A stretch of 33,519 bases of DNA from a virus (lineage: Duplodnaviria > Caudoviricetes): positions 1 to 33,519 of IMG/VR virus record IMGVR_UViG_3300037802_000064, one strand, 5' to 3'. Below are positions 9,236-18,311 of this stretch, piece after piece. The notes below the pieces were generated by a model. The model saw nothing but the letters and a program-made list of their open reading frames with translations, did no database searches and was not told the origin of the DNA. A program made the translations under genes and the position numbers. The stretch's first letter is position 1; each line of letters begins with the position of its first letter.

Positions 9236-9589
9236 TTATTTTTTATGGTCTATTATTAACAGCAAAAATTTTCCAAACAATGTGAGATTATCTTTTTTAT
9301 TGTTTTTTCTCACAACAAATCCAATTGTATCATCTGGATTCCCAAATGGATATGTCTTTGTTTTCTTTTTTAACATTGTATCATTAAACAAATCCCTCAT
9401 CATTACATTTGCATACTGGTCAAGAGCAATGACCAACACCATGAAATATGATTGGATTTGAGTGAGCCATGTTAAAAATCTAAAAGTAAATATATTTTTT
9501 ATGGCTGTATATAAAAACCCCAATGGACTTGTCAACACAATTATGATTGTGGCAATTATATATATAAATATTGATTTGATTTTTTTCAT
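9236..9589 (-). CDS. Membrane-associated hypothetical protein
   Basis: Start MKKIKSIF at 9589 (ATGA overlap); hydrophobic N-terminus; ALDQYANV...FGNPDDTI. Confidence 0.65.
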   Translation of the reverse strand: MKKIKSIFIYIIATIIIVLTSPLGFLYTAIKNIFTFRFLTWLTQIQSYFMVLVIALDQYANVMMRDLFNDTMLKKKTKTYPFGNPDDTIGFVVRKNNKKDNLTLFGKFLLLIIDHKK

Positions 9590-9975
9590 GCTTTTTGTTT
9601 TTTGGGAGTAGCTTTTTTCTTTGGTCTCCCTTTTTTTGCTGAGGATGATGTGGCTCTCCTCATCAACCTTGACTCCATTTTTTCCATCTTTGTGGCACAT
9701 GCCTCCATCATGTCTCTCAACTGTTGGTTGATGACTAACAATTGAGCAATTTTTTTCTCATGGTCAATCATCATTGCTTGTTGTTCATTCAATTGTTTTT
9801 GGAGTTTCTCATTGTCTGTTTTTAATTCCCTCACAACTTCATGAGTGAAATCCATTTGTTTTTCCTCCAGTGATGATGCATGTTCATCTCTGGACTTGAT
9901 TATTTTCCAAATCTCTTTGAGTCCTAACGCACCAACTAAGGCTGTTAGCACTACAATATATGATTCCATATCCAT
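9586..9975 (-). CDS. N-terminal TM plus coiled-coil protein
   Basis: Likely start MDMESYIVVLTALVGALGLKEIW; heptad region; basic tail. Confidence 0.65.
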   Translation of the reverse strand: MDMESYIVVLTALVGALGLKEIWKIIKSRDEHASSLEEKQMDFTHEVVRELKTDNEKLQKQLNEQQAMMIDHEKKIAQLLVINQQLRDMMEACATKMEKMESRLMRRATSSSAKKGRPKKKATPKKQKA

Positions 9976-9988
9976 TTTAATTTCTTTT

Positions 9989-10528
9989 TTATAACCATCC
10001 AGCAAAAGACTTGCAATGTCCTTTGTATGTTGGATAAGTTGGTTTATTACTTTCAATAAAACATTGAATAGCTTTGTAAGATTCAATGCCTCTGTTATAT
10101 TGTTTAGTCAATCCATAATGGAGAGACTTGATGACAACGCTGTTTTCTGAGTCCATCACTGATGTCCCAGAGACTGTCTGTTTATATTTTTGGTCTCTCA
10201 ACCAATAAAAACGAATCATGGATTTAAGCATGTCAATCATGCCATAAGACTCCATGAATGTTTCATGTCCACAACAGCATGTGGATAATGCCTCATCACA
10301 AATCTCCTCATAAATTTCAATATATTCTGGAGACACTGGAATCAATCTGTCATCAGCATCAGGCACACAGTCAGCCAAAAACAATGGATATAATTCACAA
10401 CCCAATAAATCTTTGAGGATGTCAACCTCAAATGATTGAATATACATCTCCAAATCCTCCTCACCATATTTGTTGAGACTCACATTCCATCTCCCTTTTA
10501 AATCATCTATTAATATAAATTGACTCAT
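9989..10528 (-). CDS. Putative head-tail connector/adaptor
   Basis: 179 aa right after capsid; YIQSFE..ILKDLLGCELY pattern. Confidence 0.6.
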   Translation of the reverse strand: MSQFILIDDLKGRWNVSLNKYGEEDLEMYIQSFEVDILKDLLGCELYPLFLADCVPDADDRLIPVSPEYIEIYEEICDEALSTCCCGHETFMESYGMIDMLKSMIRFYWLRDQKYKQTVSGTSVMDSENSVVIKSLHYGLTKQYNRGIESYKAIQCFIESNKPTYPTYKGHCKSFAGWL

Positions 10529-10538
10529 AATTCTTTTT

Positions 10539-10570
10539 AAAAAAGTCCCTCCCTAATGTGAGAGGGACTT
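10539..10570 (-). terminator. Rho-independent terminator after the capsid gene
   Basis: AAGTCCCTC...GAGGGACTT plus U-run. Confidence 0.8.
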
Positions 10571-10593
10571 GATTGATTTATATTTTGTTTATC

Positions 10594-11763
10594 TTATAGT
10601 GAGCCAATTGCACCAGCAATTGAATCAACTTTTAAGAATGCATTTGCATTCACATTTCTAATCACAAACGCTTTTCTAAGAGTTGCTCTCAGTCTGATTC
10701 TGTCATGTAAGAAATCATCTGCATGTTCACTTGCATAATCAAGTGACAATCCTCTGTGATTATATACTGTTCCTTTGCTTGAGTCAAGTATATACAGGAT
10801 GTCTTGAGGTATCAATGAAGATGTGATTATATTCATCCCATCAACAATCATCTCTTTGCTTGTCATATACATTGGAAAAATGTATTGTCCATTTGCATCC
10901 TTTGACAACATTAATGCTGTGTAATCTTGAGGATTCATCAACACTGTGTCAGGTGCATAAGAATTATTCTCTCCAGATGTTTCAATCTGAGATTTACCAA
11001 TTTTAATCACATCAAATGTTGTTGCATTTGCAACAGCACCAGCAAAAGCACCAGCCACCCAAGTTTGAGATGCTGTGTCAATACCAGCTAAAATGTTTGC
11101 ATCATTTTGCAATAATACATTAACCAATAAAAAGTTTTTTACTTCGCTTTCTATAAATGCATAGTCCTCCATTGCCTCAGCACAAATTGGAATTGAGTCA
11201 GCCACTTTTGTGAATGTCACTGAATACTCTTTCCAGTCTATATCTGATTCAGCAATCTCATTACATTCAGCCACATTTGATGCATTTCTCACAACTGAGT
11301 TTGTGTCCCAATAAGTGATTGTGCCTCCTGACTCATAACCCACAGACCCTTGAGCAAAAGTCTGGTCAAGGAATGCTCTCCTCACTGGTAGTTGTCCAAT
11401 TCCTGCAATGTAATAAGATGCTGTTGAATCAATCACAGATGCACTTGACACCTCTTTGATTGTTAGTTCACCAGTCCCATTTGCTCTCCCAGATTTTACA
11501 GACTGAATTTTGTCCACATTATCCTCAAAAGCATTTTTTAATGCATCACTGAAAGTCAATGGCAATGCTGTGTCATTGTTTGTTTTAATAGTTGCCAGAG
11601 TCTCTCCCTGTGTTTTTGCAACATCTTTTAGTTTTTCTAATTCATCAGTCAAAGACTTCACAGCCTCTGTTGATGCTTTCTCATTTATAGACTCTTTAAT
11701 CTCTTGATTTTTAGCCTCAATCTGAGAGTTGATTTCATCAATGGTTTCTTTTATATTATCCAT
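10594..11763 (-). CDS. Major capsid protein, HK97 fold
   Basis: N-terminal coiled-coil delta domain; VLMNPQDY..L...KDANGQYI; follows portal and protease. Confidence 0.9.
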   Translation of the reverse strand: MDNIKETIDEINSQIEAKNQEIKESINEKASTEAVKSLTDELEKLKDVAKTQGETLATIKTNNDTALPLTFSDALKNAFEDNVDKIQSVKSGRANGTGELTIKEVSSASVIDSTASYYIAGIGQLPVRRAFLDQTFAQGSVGYESGGTITYWDTNSVVRNASNVAECNEIAESDIDWKEYSVTFTKVADSIPICAEAMEDYAFIESEVKNFLLVNVLLQNDANILAGIDTASQTWVAGAFAGAVANATTFDVIKIGKSQIETSGENNSYAPDTVLMNPQDYTALMLSKDANGQYIFPMYMTSKEMIVDGMNIITSSLIPQDILYILDSSKGTVYNHRGLSLDYASEHADDFLHDRIRLRATLRKAFVIRNVNANAFLKVDSIAGAIGSL

Positions 11764-11767
11764 CTTT

Positions 11768-12712
11768 TTAAATTTTAATTGTTTTTAATATGGAGACAAT
11801 TCTTTTTGTCTCCTCTTTTTGTTTCTCAGAATCTGACTTCTCATTTGATTGAGATTCCTTTTGGAATGGCTCAAACTTGACAAGAGATTCAAATTGTTTT
11901 GTTATTTGCATGAGTTCCACTTCAAAGAGATTATTATATTTCTGTGAATAGTTCCCATCTTTTAATGCTTTTATAAATGTTTCCATCCTTTGTTTAAGGT
12001 CTGACAATACATTGTTGAGGTCATCTTGACTCTTGATGTTGGTCAGGTTTGGAGTCTCAGCATTTGCACCAAAGGTGACAAATGACCCCTCCCACAATTT
12101 GACCTCACTGATTGACCAATATCCTCCCAATTGTTTGACCAATGGATGTTCTGTTTTCTCTTTCTCAACTTCAATAAAATTTGTTTTATCTGAAATATAA
12201 TTGAATCCAATTGAATGCTCTTTGATGATTCCATCTTTATACATTTTTAATGCATTCTCACCATCATCATGTGTCCCCAACTCTGACTCAAAATATAATC
12301 CTCTCTCATCCTCTCTCAACACTTTCAAATTGCCAACTGGTCTGGTCACATCATGGAAAGCCAAATGGCTGATTTTTCTGTTGGACTCTGAGTTGACTCC
12401 ATGTTCCTGAATTGATTTTGTGAATGCACCTTGCATAATCATGTCCCCATCAGAATCAATGTTGTTGAATGCTGAAAAATACCCAGCAACAATCCTTGAA
12501 TCTGTGTCAACTTCTTTGACCTCAAGTGAGGTTGATTTGTTTCCATACCCTGTTTTCATATCCTGTTTTTTTTCTTTGTTTCTGTTGTCCCATTGTGAGT
12601 TGCAAAAAGCAAATCTCTGGTCTGTGTCTGGGAATGTCATTTCAGACTCAGCATCAATCATGCATCTGTCCAAAAAATCCTCTCTGTTTTCATTATTCAA
12701 AGGCTCTGGCAT
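11768..12712 (-). CDS. HK97-family prohead protease with extra N-terminal domain
   Basis: GYFSAFNNIDSDGD, GAFTKSI, HD..RPVG, EDERGLYFE, SIGF, LWEGSFVTFGAN; start MPEP at 12712 (track start 12721). Confidence 0.9.
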   Translation of the reverse strand: MPEPLNNENREDFLDRCMIDAESEMTFPDTDQRFAFCNSQWDNRNKEKKQDMKTGYGNKSTSLEVKEVDTDSRIVAGYFSAFNNIDSDGDMIMQGAFTKSIQEHGVNSESNRKISHLAFHDVTRPVGNLKVLREDERGLYFESELGTHDDGENALKMYKDGIIKEHSIGFNYISDKTNFIEVEKEKTEHPLVKQLGGYWSISEVKLWEGSFVTFGANAETPNLTNIKSQDDLNNVLSDLKQRMETFIKALKDGNYSQKYNNLFEVELMQITKQFESLVKFEPFQKESQSNEKSDSEKQKEETKRIVSILKTIKI

Positions 12713-13964
12713 CTCCAACAATATTTATTGCCTCATCCTCAGTGAGATGATAAGACATCATTAAACTTTTTATTTTCTGTTCCTGAGTCAATTGAGACTC
12801 TAATATTTTGACATATCCCTCAGCCACTTTATAGTCAGCCTCTGCCTTGAGTTTTGTCTCCTCATAAAGATGAGGGATGTGTGATTTATCAATGGCAATC
12901 CTAAAATCTGCATTATATTTTTTGTTGTATGCTGGGACAATGAATTGATTGAGACCCCAAACAATCTTTTGCAATGATGGAATCACAGCCTCAGTGTATA
13001 AAGATTTTGTTGCCTCTTTCCTGTTGTTGTAGGTCTTGTTTGCTGGGTCATTGAACAATGATGAATCCACTCCATAAAGGTTGCAAAGTTGTCTCAACTT
13101 AACAACACCAGACTCAATCAACTGGAGGTCTGTTGGACTCATCCCCATTTGGATGTATTCAACTGATGCATTTGTTGTGATGATTTTCCCAAATTTATTT
13201 GCTCCAGCAATTTTTTTGTCAATTGCCTTTTGAATCTCCTCAGCCTCATCCGAGTCCAAAGGATAGTCACCTTTATTTGTCAACAGTCCTGATGCACCCT
13301 TGTTTGCAAGGATTGAGGACTCAGCAATGTTGAGGTCTCTGGCTGATTTCATTGCTAAATAACCAGCATGTATTGGAGACAATCCCCATCCTGTCTGGAC
13401 ACCAAAGTCAGTTGGATTGTTATATTTAATATGTTTCACATACTCTGGAGAAAGTGTTTTGTATATGGTGTCAAGTGCTAATATATATGACACAGCATCC
13501 ATCCCAGTTTCATTTGGGGACAACTGGATGTCAATGAATTGTGGTGGCAACAAATGGAGTGAGGTGAATATCTCTCCAAATCCAATGGACTCCATGCCAT
13601 TGACAAACACATTGCCAGTGGTCAAAAGATTGGTCAATGCCATCTCTTTGAAATCATATTGATTTTGATTTTTATTTGGTTGCATGATTAAGTCAAACAA
13701 CTCACCATCTCTTTGCAATTCCCACTCATCATCATTTGTTTTAAACACTTGCAATTCCATCCCAGCTCCTGTCTGAGATATTTTCTTTATTATTGAATAT
13801 AAGTCAGACACTTTGGCAAAGCCATCCTCAATCAATTCACTGGTGTTTGATTGATTGTGAACAAATGTCTCATTGGTTAGGTTAAAAAGTTCATTCCTTG
13901 TCCATGTCAAATGTTTCTGTCCTCCAAAAAGTCTTTTGATGAATCCTTGTTTTGTCTGTGACAT
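12693..13964 (-). CDS. Portal protein, HK97 family
   Basis: PNKNQ..DF, LLTTGNVF, GLSPI, MGMSP.DLQLIES, LYGV. Confidence 0.9.
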   Translation of the reverse strand: MSQTKQGFIKRLFGGQKHLTWTRNELFNLTNETFVHNQSNTSELIEDGFAKVSDLYSIIKKISQTGAGMELQVFKTNDDEWELQRDGELFDLIMQPNKNQNQYDFKEMALTNLLTTGNVFVNGMESIGFGEIFTSLHLLPPQFIDIQLSPNETGMDAVSYILALDTIYKTLSPEYVKHIKYNNPTDFGVQTGWGLSPIHAGYLAMKSARDLNIAESSILANKGASGLLTNKGDYPLDSDEAEEIQKAIDKKIAGANKFGKIITTNASVEYIQMGMSPTDLQLIESGVVKLRQLCNLYGVDSSLFNDPANKTYNNRKEATKSLYTEAVIPSLQKIVWGLNQFIVPAYNKKYNADFRIAIDKSHIPHLYEETKLKAEADYKVAEGYVKILESQLTQEQKIKSLMMSYHLTEDEAINIVGDARAFE

Positions 13965-14062
13965 TCTGTTGTTTATTGAGATTTTATTTTCATGATGCTA
14001 CAAAATAAAAACATTTTTAAATAAAAAAAACAATAATATATAAAAAGTTATTAAACTATTTA

Positions 14063-14091
14063 GCACCATCAATGGTGCTTGTATGCACCAT
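14063..14091. repeat. ATGGTGC/GCACCAT palindromic repeats between terL and portal
   Basis: GCACCAT-CA-ATGGTGC-N6-GCACCAT; 14072-14091 is 18/20 identical to 20690-20709. Confidence 0.7.
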
Positions 14092-14099
14092 CTCAGAGG

Positions 14100-15326
14100 T
14101 CAACCCACAAATATTTTTTTCCTGCTCATTCGGTCAAATCCATATCTGAACGCATCACACAAATGATTCATGGCATCATTTGGGACTCCTGATTTTCTGT
14201 CATTCCAAACATAATTTGACAACTCTCTCACCAGATTTTGTGATTCACCACAGACAATCATTTTATAAGATAGGATGTCATTGATACCCTTTTTGATTGA
14301 CCCAGCTCCTTTGACACATGGATGAATGTTGAATCCTCCTTTGTTTCTCAGGTCATGGATGAGTCTTTTTTCTGAGTTGTCTCCAATGATGAGGTCTGTG
14401 TCTCTGGCAATTCTTTTGATTGCCTTAATCATTCCATCTGTTGAGAGTTCCTTTTTATACAATACCTCCTCTAAATATAATATTTTTTTCTTATGGTCAA
14501 CAGCCACTTTGCACATGGCTGTCTCATCTGGATGGAATCCAAAGTCTAAGCCAAAGCACCATGACAAAGACTTGTCCCATTGACCCCTCTCCCAATTATC
14601 ATACACAACCCCCTCAGCCTTTGAAAGCCACCCTCCTATGTAATTGTGATAATAAAATTTTGGATTCTCAGTCTTGACCCTGTTTGCTTTGTTGACCCAT
14701 CCTTGAGACAAATATCCCAGCCTCTCAGCTAAATGATAAGTCACATGAATATGCTCAACCTCATCCATGTTGCTCACAATGACTCTGTGTCCCTTGATTT
14801 CAACCTCTGTGTTGTTTGGGTCAATCCATCTTTTATATATAAAATGTTCTTTGGTTGTTGGATTTTGAATCCAAATCACCCTGTTTTGTCTTTGGTTTGA
14901 CCTTATTGAATCATCAATGATGTCAAAGGCTCTGTCATTATTGAAGTCCTCACCCTCCTCAATCACCCATGTGGTGATGCCACTCAATGATTTGAGATTG
15001 GCTGTCTGGTCTCCAGAGGATGTCTTTATTCCAGAGAATAAAATGAAAGAGCCTGTCTGGAGATTAATGATTTTTGATTTGGTTATATAAAATAAATCTC
15101 TTATTCCCAGTCTGTTGAGTATGATTTCAAACTCAGGGATGATTGATTTATGTGCTGAGGTCATTGTGTATCTGGTGAACAAAATCCCATGACCAGTCTC
15201 AAATGTTAATCTGGCAATGAAGTCATGGACTGTTGTTGATTTGAGTGATGCTCTCCCTCCAGTGATAAGAAAATATCTCTTTGATGAAGTGTATAGGCTT
15301 TTAAATTGTTCATTGGTGTCAACCAT
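14100..15326 (-). CDS. terL: Terminase large subunit (PBSX/Terminase_3-like)
   Basis: GGRASLKS Walker A, WVIEEG Walker B, QNP, GLDFGF, NHLCDAFRY. Confidence 0.93.
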   Translation of the reverse strand: MVDTNEQFKSLYTSSKRYFLITGGRASLKSTTVHDFIARLTFETGHGILFTRYTMTSAHKSIIPEFEIILNRLGIRDLFYITKSKIINLQTGSFILFSGIKTSSGDQTANLKSLSGITTWVIEEGEDFNNDRAFDIIDDSIRSNQRQNRVIWIQNPTTKEHFIYKRWIDPNNTEVEIKGHRVIVSNMDEVEHIHVTYHLAERLGYLSQGWVNKANRVKTENPKFYYHNYIGGWLSKAEGVVYDNWERGQWDKSLSWCFGLDFGFHPDETAMCKVAVDHKKKILYLEEVLYKKELSTDGMIKAIKRIARDTDLIIGDNSEKRLIHDLRNKGGFNIHPCVKGAGSIKKGINDILSYKMIVCGESQNLVRELSNYVWNDRKSGVPNDAMNHLCDAFRYGFDRMSRKKIFVG

Positions 15327-15416
15327 TATAATATTTAATTAGGCTCATTAGAGTGAGTATATATAAGGCAAAGGCATACAATCCCCACCTCTCCAGCCAT
15401 AATTGAATTTTGTCTC

Positions 15417-15782
15417 TCATTGTTTCATCACTTGTTTTGCATTCACCCATGAGATTGGAGGGATGTTGATTGGCTCATCATTGGATGTCAAGTCCATTTT
15501 AGTTTTTTCAATCCAATTCATTTGAGTTTTCATATAAAAGAATATTGATGCCTCTTTGCCATTCTTTATGTTGTCAATGAGTTTTGACCTCACAAAATCA
15601 TGGGATGTTCTTTTGGACTCCTCAATTGCTTTTTTAAAGTCTTTGTCATCTTTTATGAAATCATAATATGTTTGCCTTGAGCATTTGCATGACTCACATG
15701 CTGTCTTGATAACACCCAATGAATCCTCCATTGCAATAATAAGATTCTTTTTTAATGTGTCTTTATTTGTCTTTTTAGGCAT
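15417..15782 (-). CDS. terS: Terminase small subunit
   Basis: HTH (LGVIKTAC...SRQTYY), IFFYMKT; upstream of terL; likely start MPKKTNK at 15782. Confidence 0.75.
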   Translation of the reverse strand: MPKKTNKDTLKKNLIIAMEDSLGVIKTACESCKCSRQTYYDFIKDDKDFKKAIEESKRTSHDFVRSKLIDNIKNGKEASIFFYMKTQMNWIEKTKMDLTSNDEPINIPPISWVNAKQVMKQ

Positions 15783-15786
15783 TTTA

Positions 15787-15794
15787 CAAAAATA
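15787..15794 (-). promoter_or_regulatory. -7 promoter element just before terS
   Basis: TATTTTTG ending 4 nt before the ATG. Confidence 0.5.
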
Positions 15795-15870
15795 CAACTT
15801 TTTTTTAATATGTATTTGTATAAACAAAAAGCCACCCTGTTTTTTGCTGATTTCACTTCCAATGTAACAA

Positions 15871-16518
15871 TCATAACTCAAATATAGTTTTTTGGGATGT
15901 TTTATTATTTATAATTCCTAATGCTGTTTCAAATATTGTTTTACCAGCTTCATAATCTACCAGATTTCTTGCGATTTTGGTTTTGCTTTGTTTTCCTTTA
16001 TAATTACTTAAATCAATTTTATGAAAAAATTCTAATTCTTTATAATTACAAGTTATAAAATTATCTTTTTTACGGTCACCTAAATTGTTGGGTAAGTTAA
16101 AGTTAGTCCAATATAAATGCCTGCCTCTTTTCTTAGCTGGTATTAGTGGATTATAATAAGGGATAACATTTTCTACTACATACTTTCCCAAGCAATGAAA
16201 ATTTAAAAAGATAATTTGTTGATATAAAGCCATATCGGGATATTTAGGTATAAAAAAATCTTCATTCTTTTGTGACATTCTTACTTTGCTATGTGTGGGA
16301 CATGGTGGACTACTCCAAATAAAATCAAACTCTTTATAGTGGTCTAATAAGTATTTGTGTGCATCAGCAACTATTACTTTATCATTCGGAAATCTTTCTT
16401 TATATAATTTTGCTAATTCTGAGTCAAGTTCTATAGCTGTAACCTCTATATCTTCTTTTACTTCGTTCCACTTATATCGGTTTCCACCTAAACAAGCATA
16501 TAAATTTAATATCTTCAT
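15871..16518 (-). CDS. Minimal DNA (cytosine-5)-methyltransferase, copy 2
   Basis: Same motifs as copy 1; first 21 residues identical. Confidence 0.85.
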   Translation of the reverse strand: MKILNLYACLGGNRYKWNEVKEDIEVTAIELDSELAKLYKERFPNDKVIVADAHKYLLDHYKEFDFIWSSPPCPTHSKVRMSQKNEDFFIPKYPDMALYQQIIFLNFHCLGKYVVENVIPYYNPLIPAKKRGRHLYWTNFNLPNNLGDRKKDNFITCNYKELEFFHKIDLSNYKGKQSKTKIARNLVDYEAGKTIFETALGIINNKTSQKTIFEL

Positions 16519-16552
16519 AGTTTAATTTTTATCTTCATAAAGCCAATATTTT

Positions 16553-16792
16553 TTAATCTTTTTTGTTTTTGAGGCTGGATTGATAGGTTTTTTCTAATCT
16601 TTTAGACTTTGTATCACCCATTTTGATGAGTTGTTCTCTTTTGTCATTGTTCACCCTATACCATGAGACATTGATTCCCTCATCTGTTGCCTCATCTCTG
16701 AAATCAATTGACTGGTCTGTCCCTCTCACCATCAAATCATTCCCATCAATAAAAAATTCTCTGGTTTGATAGTCTTTTCTAAAAAAAATCAT
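16553..16792 (-). CDS. Hypothetical protein
   Basis: 79 aa ORF in a tightly packed operon. Confidence 0.65.
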   Translation of the reverse strand: MIFFRKDYQTREFFIDGNDLMVRGTDQSIDFRDEATDEGINVSWYRVNNDKREQLIKMGDTKSKRLEKTYQSSLKNKKD

Positions 16793-17138
16793 GTGTGTTG
16801 TATTTAATTAATAAATTGTTATATTCTTTTATATATTCTTTGTCATGACTTATGAGCCATGATATATTAATATGGTGGTGTCTTATGGTGAGTCTGTCTC
16901 TCATTAGATACAATGCAATGACTCTGTGTTTGGTGGATGATAGTGGGATGAATTTTTGGAGATATAATTGCATAAAATAAATGACAAAGTTTCTGGCTTT
17001 CACAATAAGTCCCTCCCTTGAATCTGATTTTAATGTGTTAATATTGATATTGTAATAATCACAAACGATTTCAGCAATTTCATTGAGTTTGAGACAATAC
17101 AGTTCCAACAGTTCATCCATTCTTTTTTTTACTTTCAT
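16779..17138 (-). CDS. DnaA C-terminal (domain IV)-like DNA-binding protein
   Basis: IAEIVCDYYNI....LKSDSR...IVKARN..IYF...IALYLMRDRLTI resembles Bac_DnaA_C. Confidence 0.7.
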   Translation of the reverse strand: MKVKKRMDELLELYCLKLNEIAEIVCDYYNININTLKSDSREGLIVKARNFVIYFMQLYLQKFIPLSSTKHRVIALYLMRDRLTIRHHHINISWLISHDKEYIKEYNNLLIKYNTHDFF

Positions 17139-17530
17139 TTGTTATAATACTCATTTTTGAGATTTGTTATGATTGTTTGATTCTTTTTATATATATACAT
17201 ATCAATTTTTTTTTCAGACTCCCATTTGGCATGTTCTGGGAGAGACAGGATGTTGATGTTTCTGATGTCATATCTCATCTCTGGATGTGAGCCTCTTGAC
17301 AGGATATGACTCACAAATGATGCTGAGTAAGTTCTCAACTTCAATCCTGTCTCCTGACAAAAATGTGGCAAATTATTCCAGCAATATTTGTAAAATTGAG
17401 AATCTGACTTAAACATCTCATTTTGAATCATGATTCTGACTTGAATTGTCATCTCATGTTGTTTATCCAAAAAGGGATTGAATCCATATTTTGTTGACAT
17501 TTTAAAGTCCTCTAATGTGTTTATTTTCAT
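17135..17530 (-). CDS. Putative HNH/NinG-like nuclease
   Basis: CQETG...SHILSRG.HPEMRYD.RN...L...H. Confidence 0.55.
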   Translation of the reverse strand: MKINTLEDFKMSTKYGFNPFLDKQHEMTIQVRIMIQNEMFKSDSQFYKYCWNNLPHFCQETGLKLRTYSASFVSHILSRGSHPEMRYDIRNINILSLPEHAKWESEKKIDMYIYKKNQTIITNLKNEYYNK

Positions 17531-17745
17531 TTTAGGTCAATTATTGTTTCTGGGATGATTGATTGGCTTATAATATCCTCAATCTCACTAATAGAAATGA
17601 TTTGATTTATATTGCATTTATAAAATGTATTATTATATATAAATACAATAAAAGGAGTTTGAATTCCAAAAATCTCACAATCCATTTTGGAGAGTTTGGA
17701 GATTGCTGTGTCTGTTAATATGTTTTTGAGGTTGTTTGTTTCCAT
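17527..17745 (-). CDS. Hypothetical protein
   Basis: 72 aa ORF overlapping both neighbours. Confidence 0.55.
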   Translation of the reverse strand: METNNLKNILTDTAISKLSKMDCEIFGIQTPFIVFIYNNTFYKCNINQIISISEIEDIISQSIIPETIIDLK

Positions 17746-17972
17746 TCTTTTAATAATTTATTTAATTTAATACATTTTTCATATTGCTCAATGTTTGGAT
17801 TTGCAAAATATTCCATCAATGTTTGGATGTCAGTTGGTGTGATTTCATCAATTGGGAACGGATAAAAAACCCTTTCACATTTATTCCTTTGCATTGCCTC
17901 ACTCCATGTCTCATTATTAATCAAAAAATTATAACCATTGACCATTGTTGCATGGATTTGAGCATCTGTCAT
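17715..17972 (-). CDS. Hypothetical protein
   Basis: Likely start MTDAQ at 17972; EQYEKC..L C-terminal motif. Confidence 0.6.
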   Translation of the reverse strand: MTDAQIHATMVNGYNFLINNETWSEAMQRNKCERVFYPFPIDEITPTDIQTLMEYFANPNIEQYEKCIKLNKLLKEWKQTTSKTY

Positions 17973-17982
17973 CTTATGTTTT

Positions 17983-18216
17983 TTATTTTTCAAGGTCAAT
18001 TGTTTTGATTGTTCTGAGTCTGTAAAATTTACCAACCTCCAATTTTTGTTCTGTGATTATTATTTCAACTTTTTTATTTTTGGGATTGTGCAAATGATAT
18101 AAGTGGACATCCAATTCGGAGACCACTTGATATTTTGAACATTTTGACAAAGCAATCACAGACAATCCAATTACAATTCCATAAAATAAAACCACTAAAT
18201 TTTTGTTTTTTATCAT
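17983..18216 (-). CDS. Small membrane-anchored/lipoprotein-like protein
   Basis: Hydrophobic N-terminus ending LSKC; ATGA coupling. Confidence 0.55.
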   Translation of the reverse strand: MIKNKNLVVLFYGIVIGLSVIALSKCSKYQVVSELDVHLYHLHNPKNKKVEIIITEQKLEVGKFYRLRTIKTIDLEK

Positions 18217-18311
18217 CTCTCATATATTGATTTTGCACATAGAAAACCACACATGAAAACAATTAAAACTGATAAGGCAAAAAGGCAATATATTGATGTT
18301 AATGTTGTCAT
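18213..18311 (-). CDS. 32-aa single-TM peptide
   Basis: MTTLTSIYCLFALSVLIVFMCGFLCAKSIYER; ATGA overlaps at both ends. Confidence 0.55.
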   Translation of the reverse strand: MTTLTSIYCLFALSVLIVFMCGFLCAKSIYER

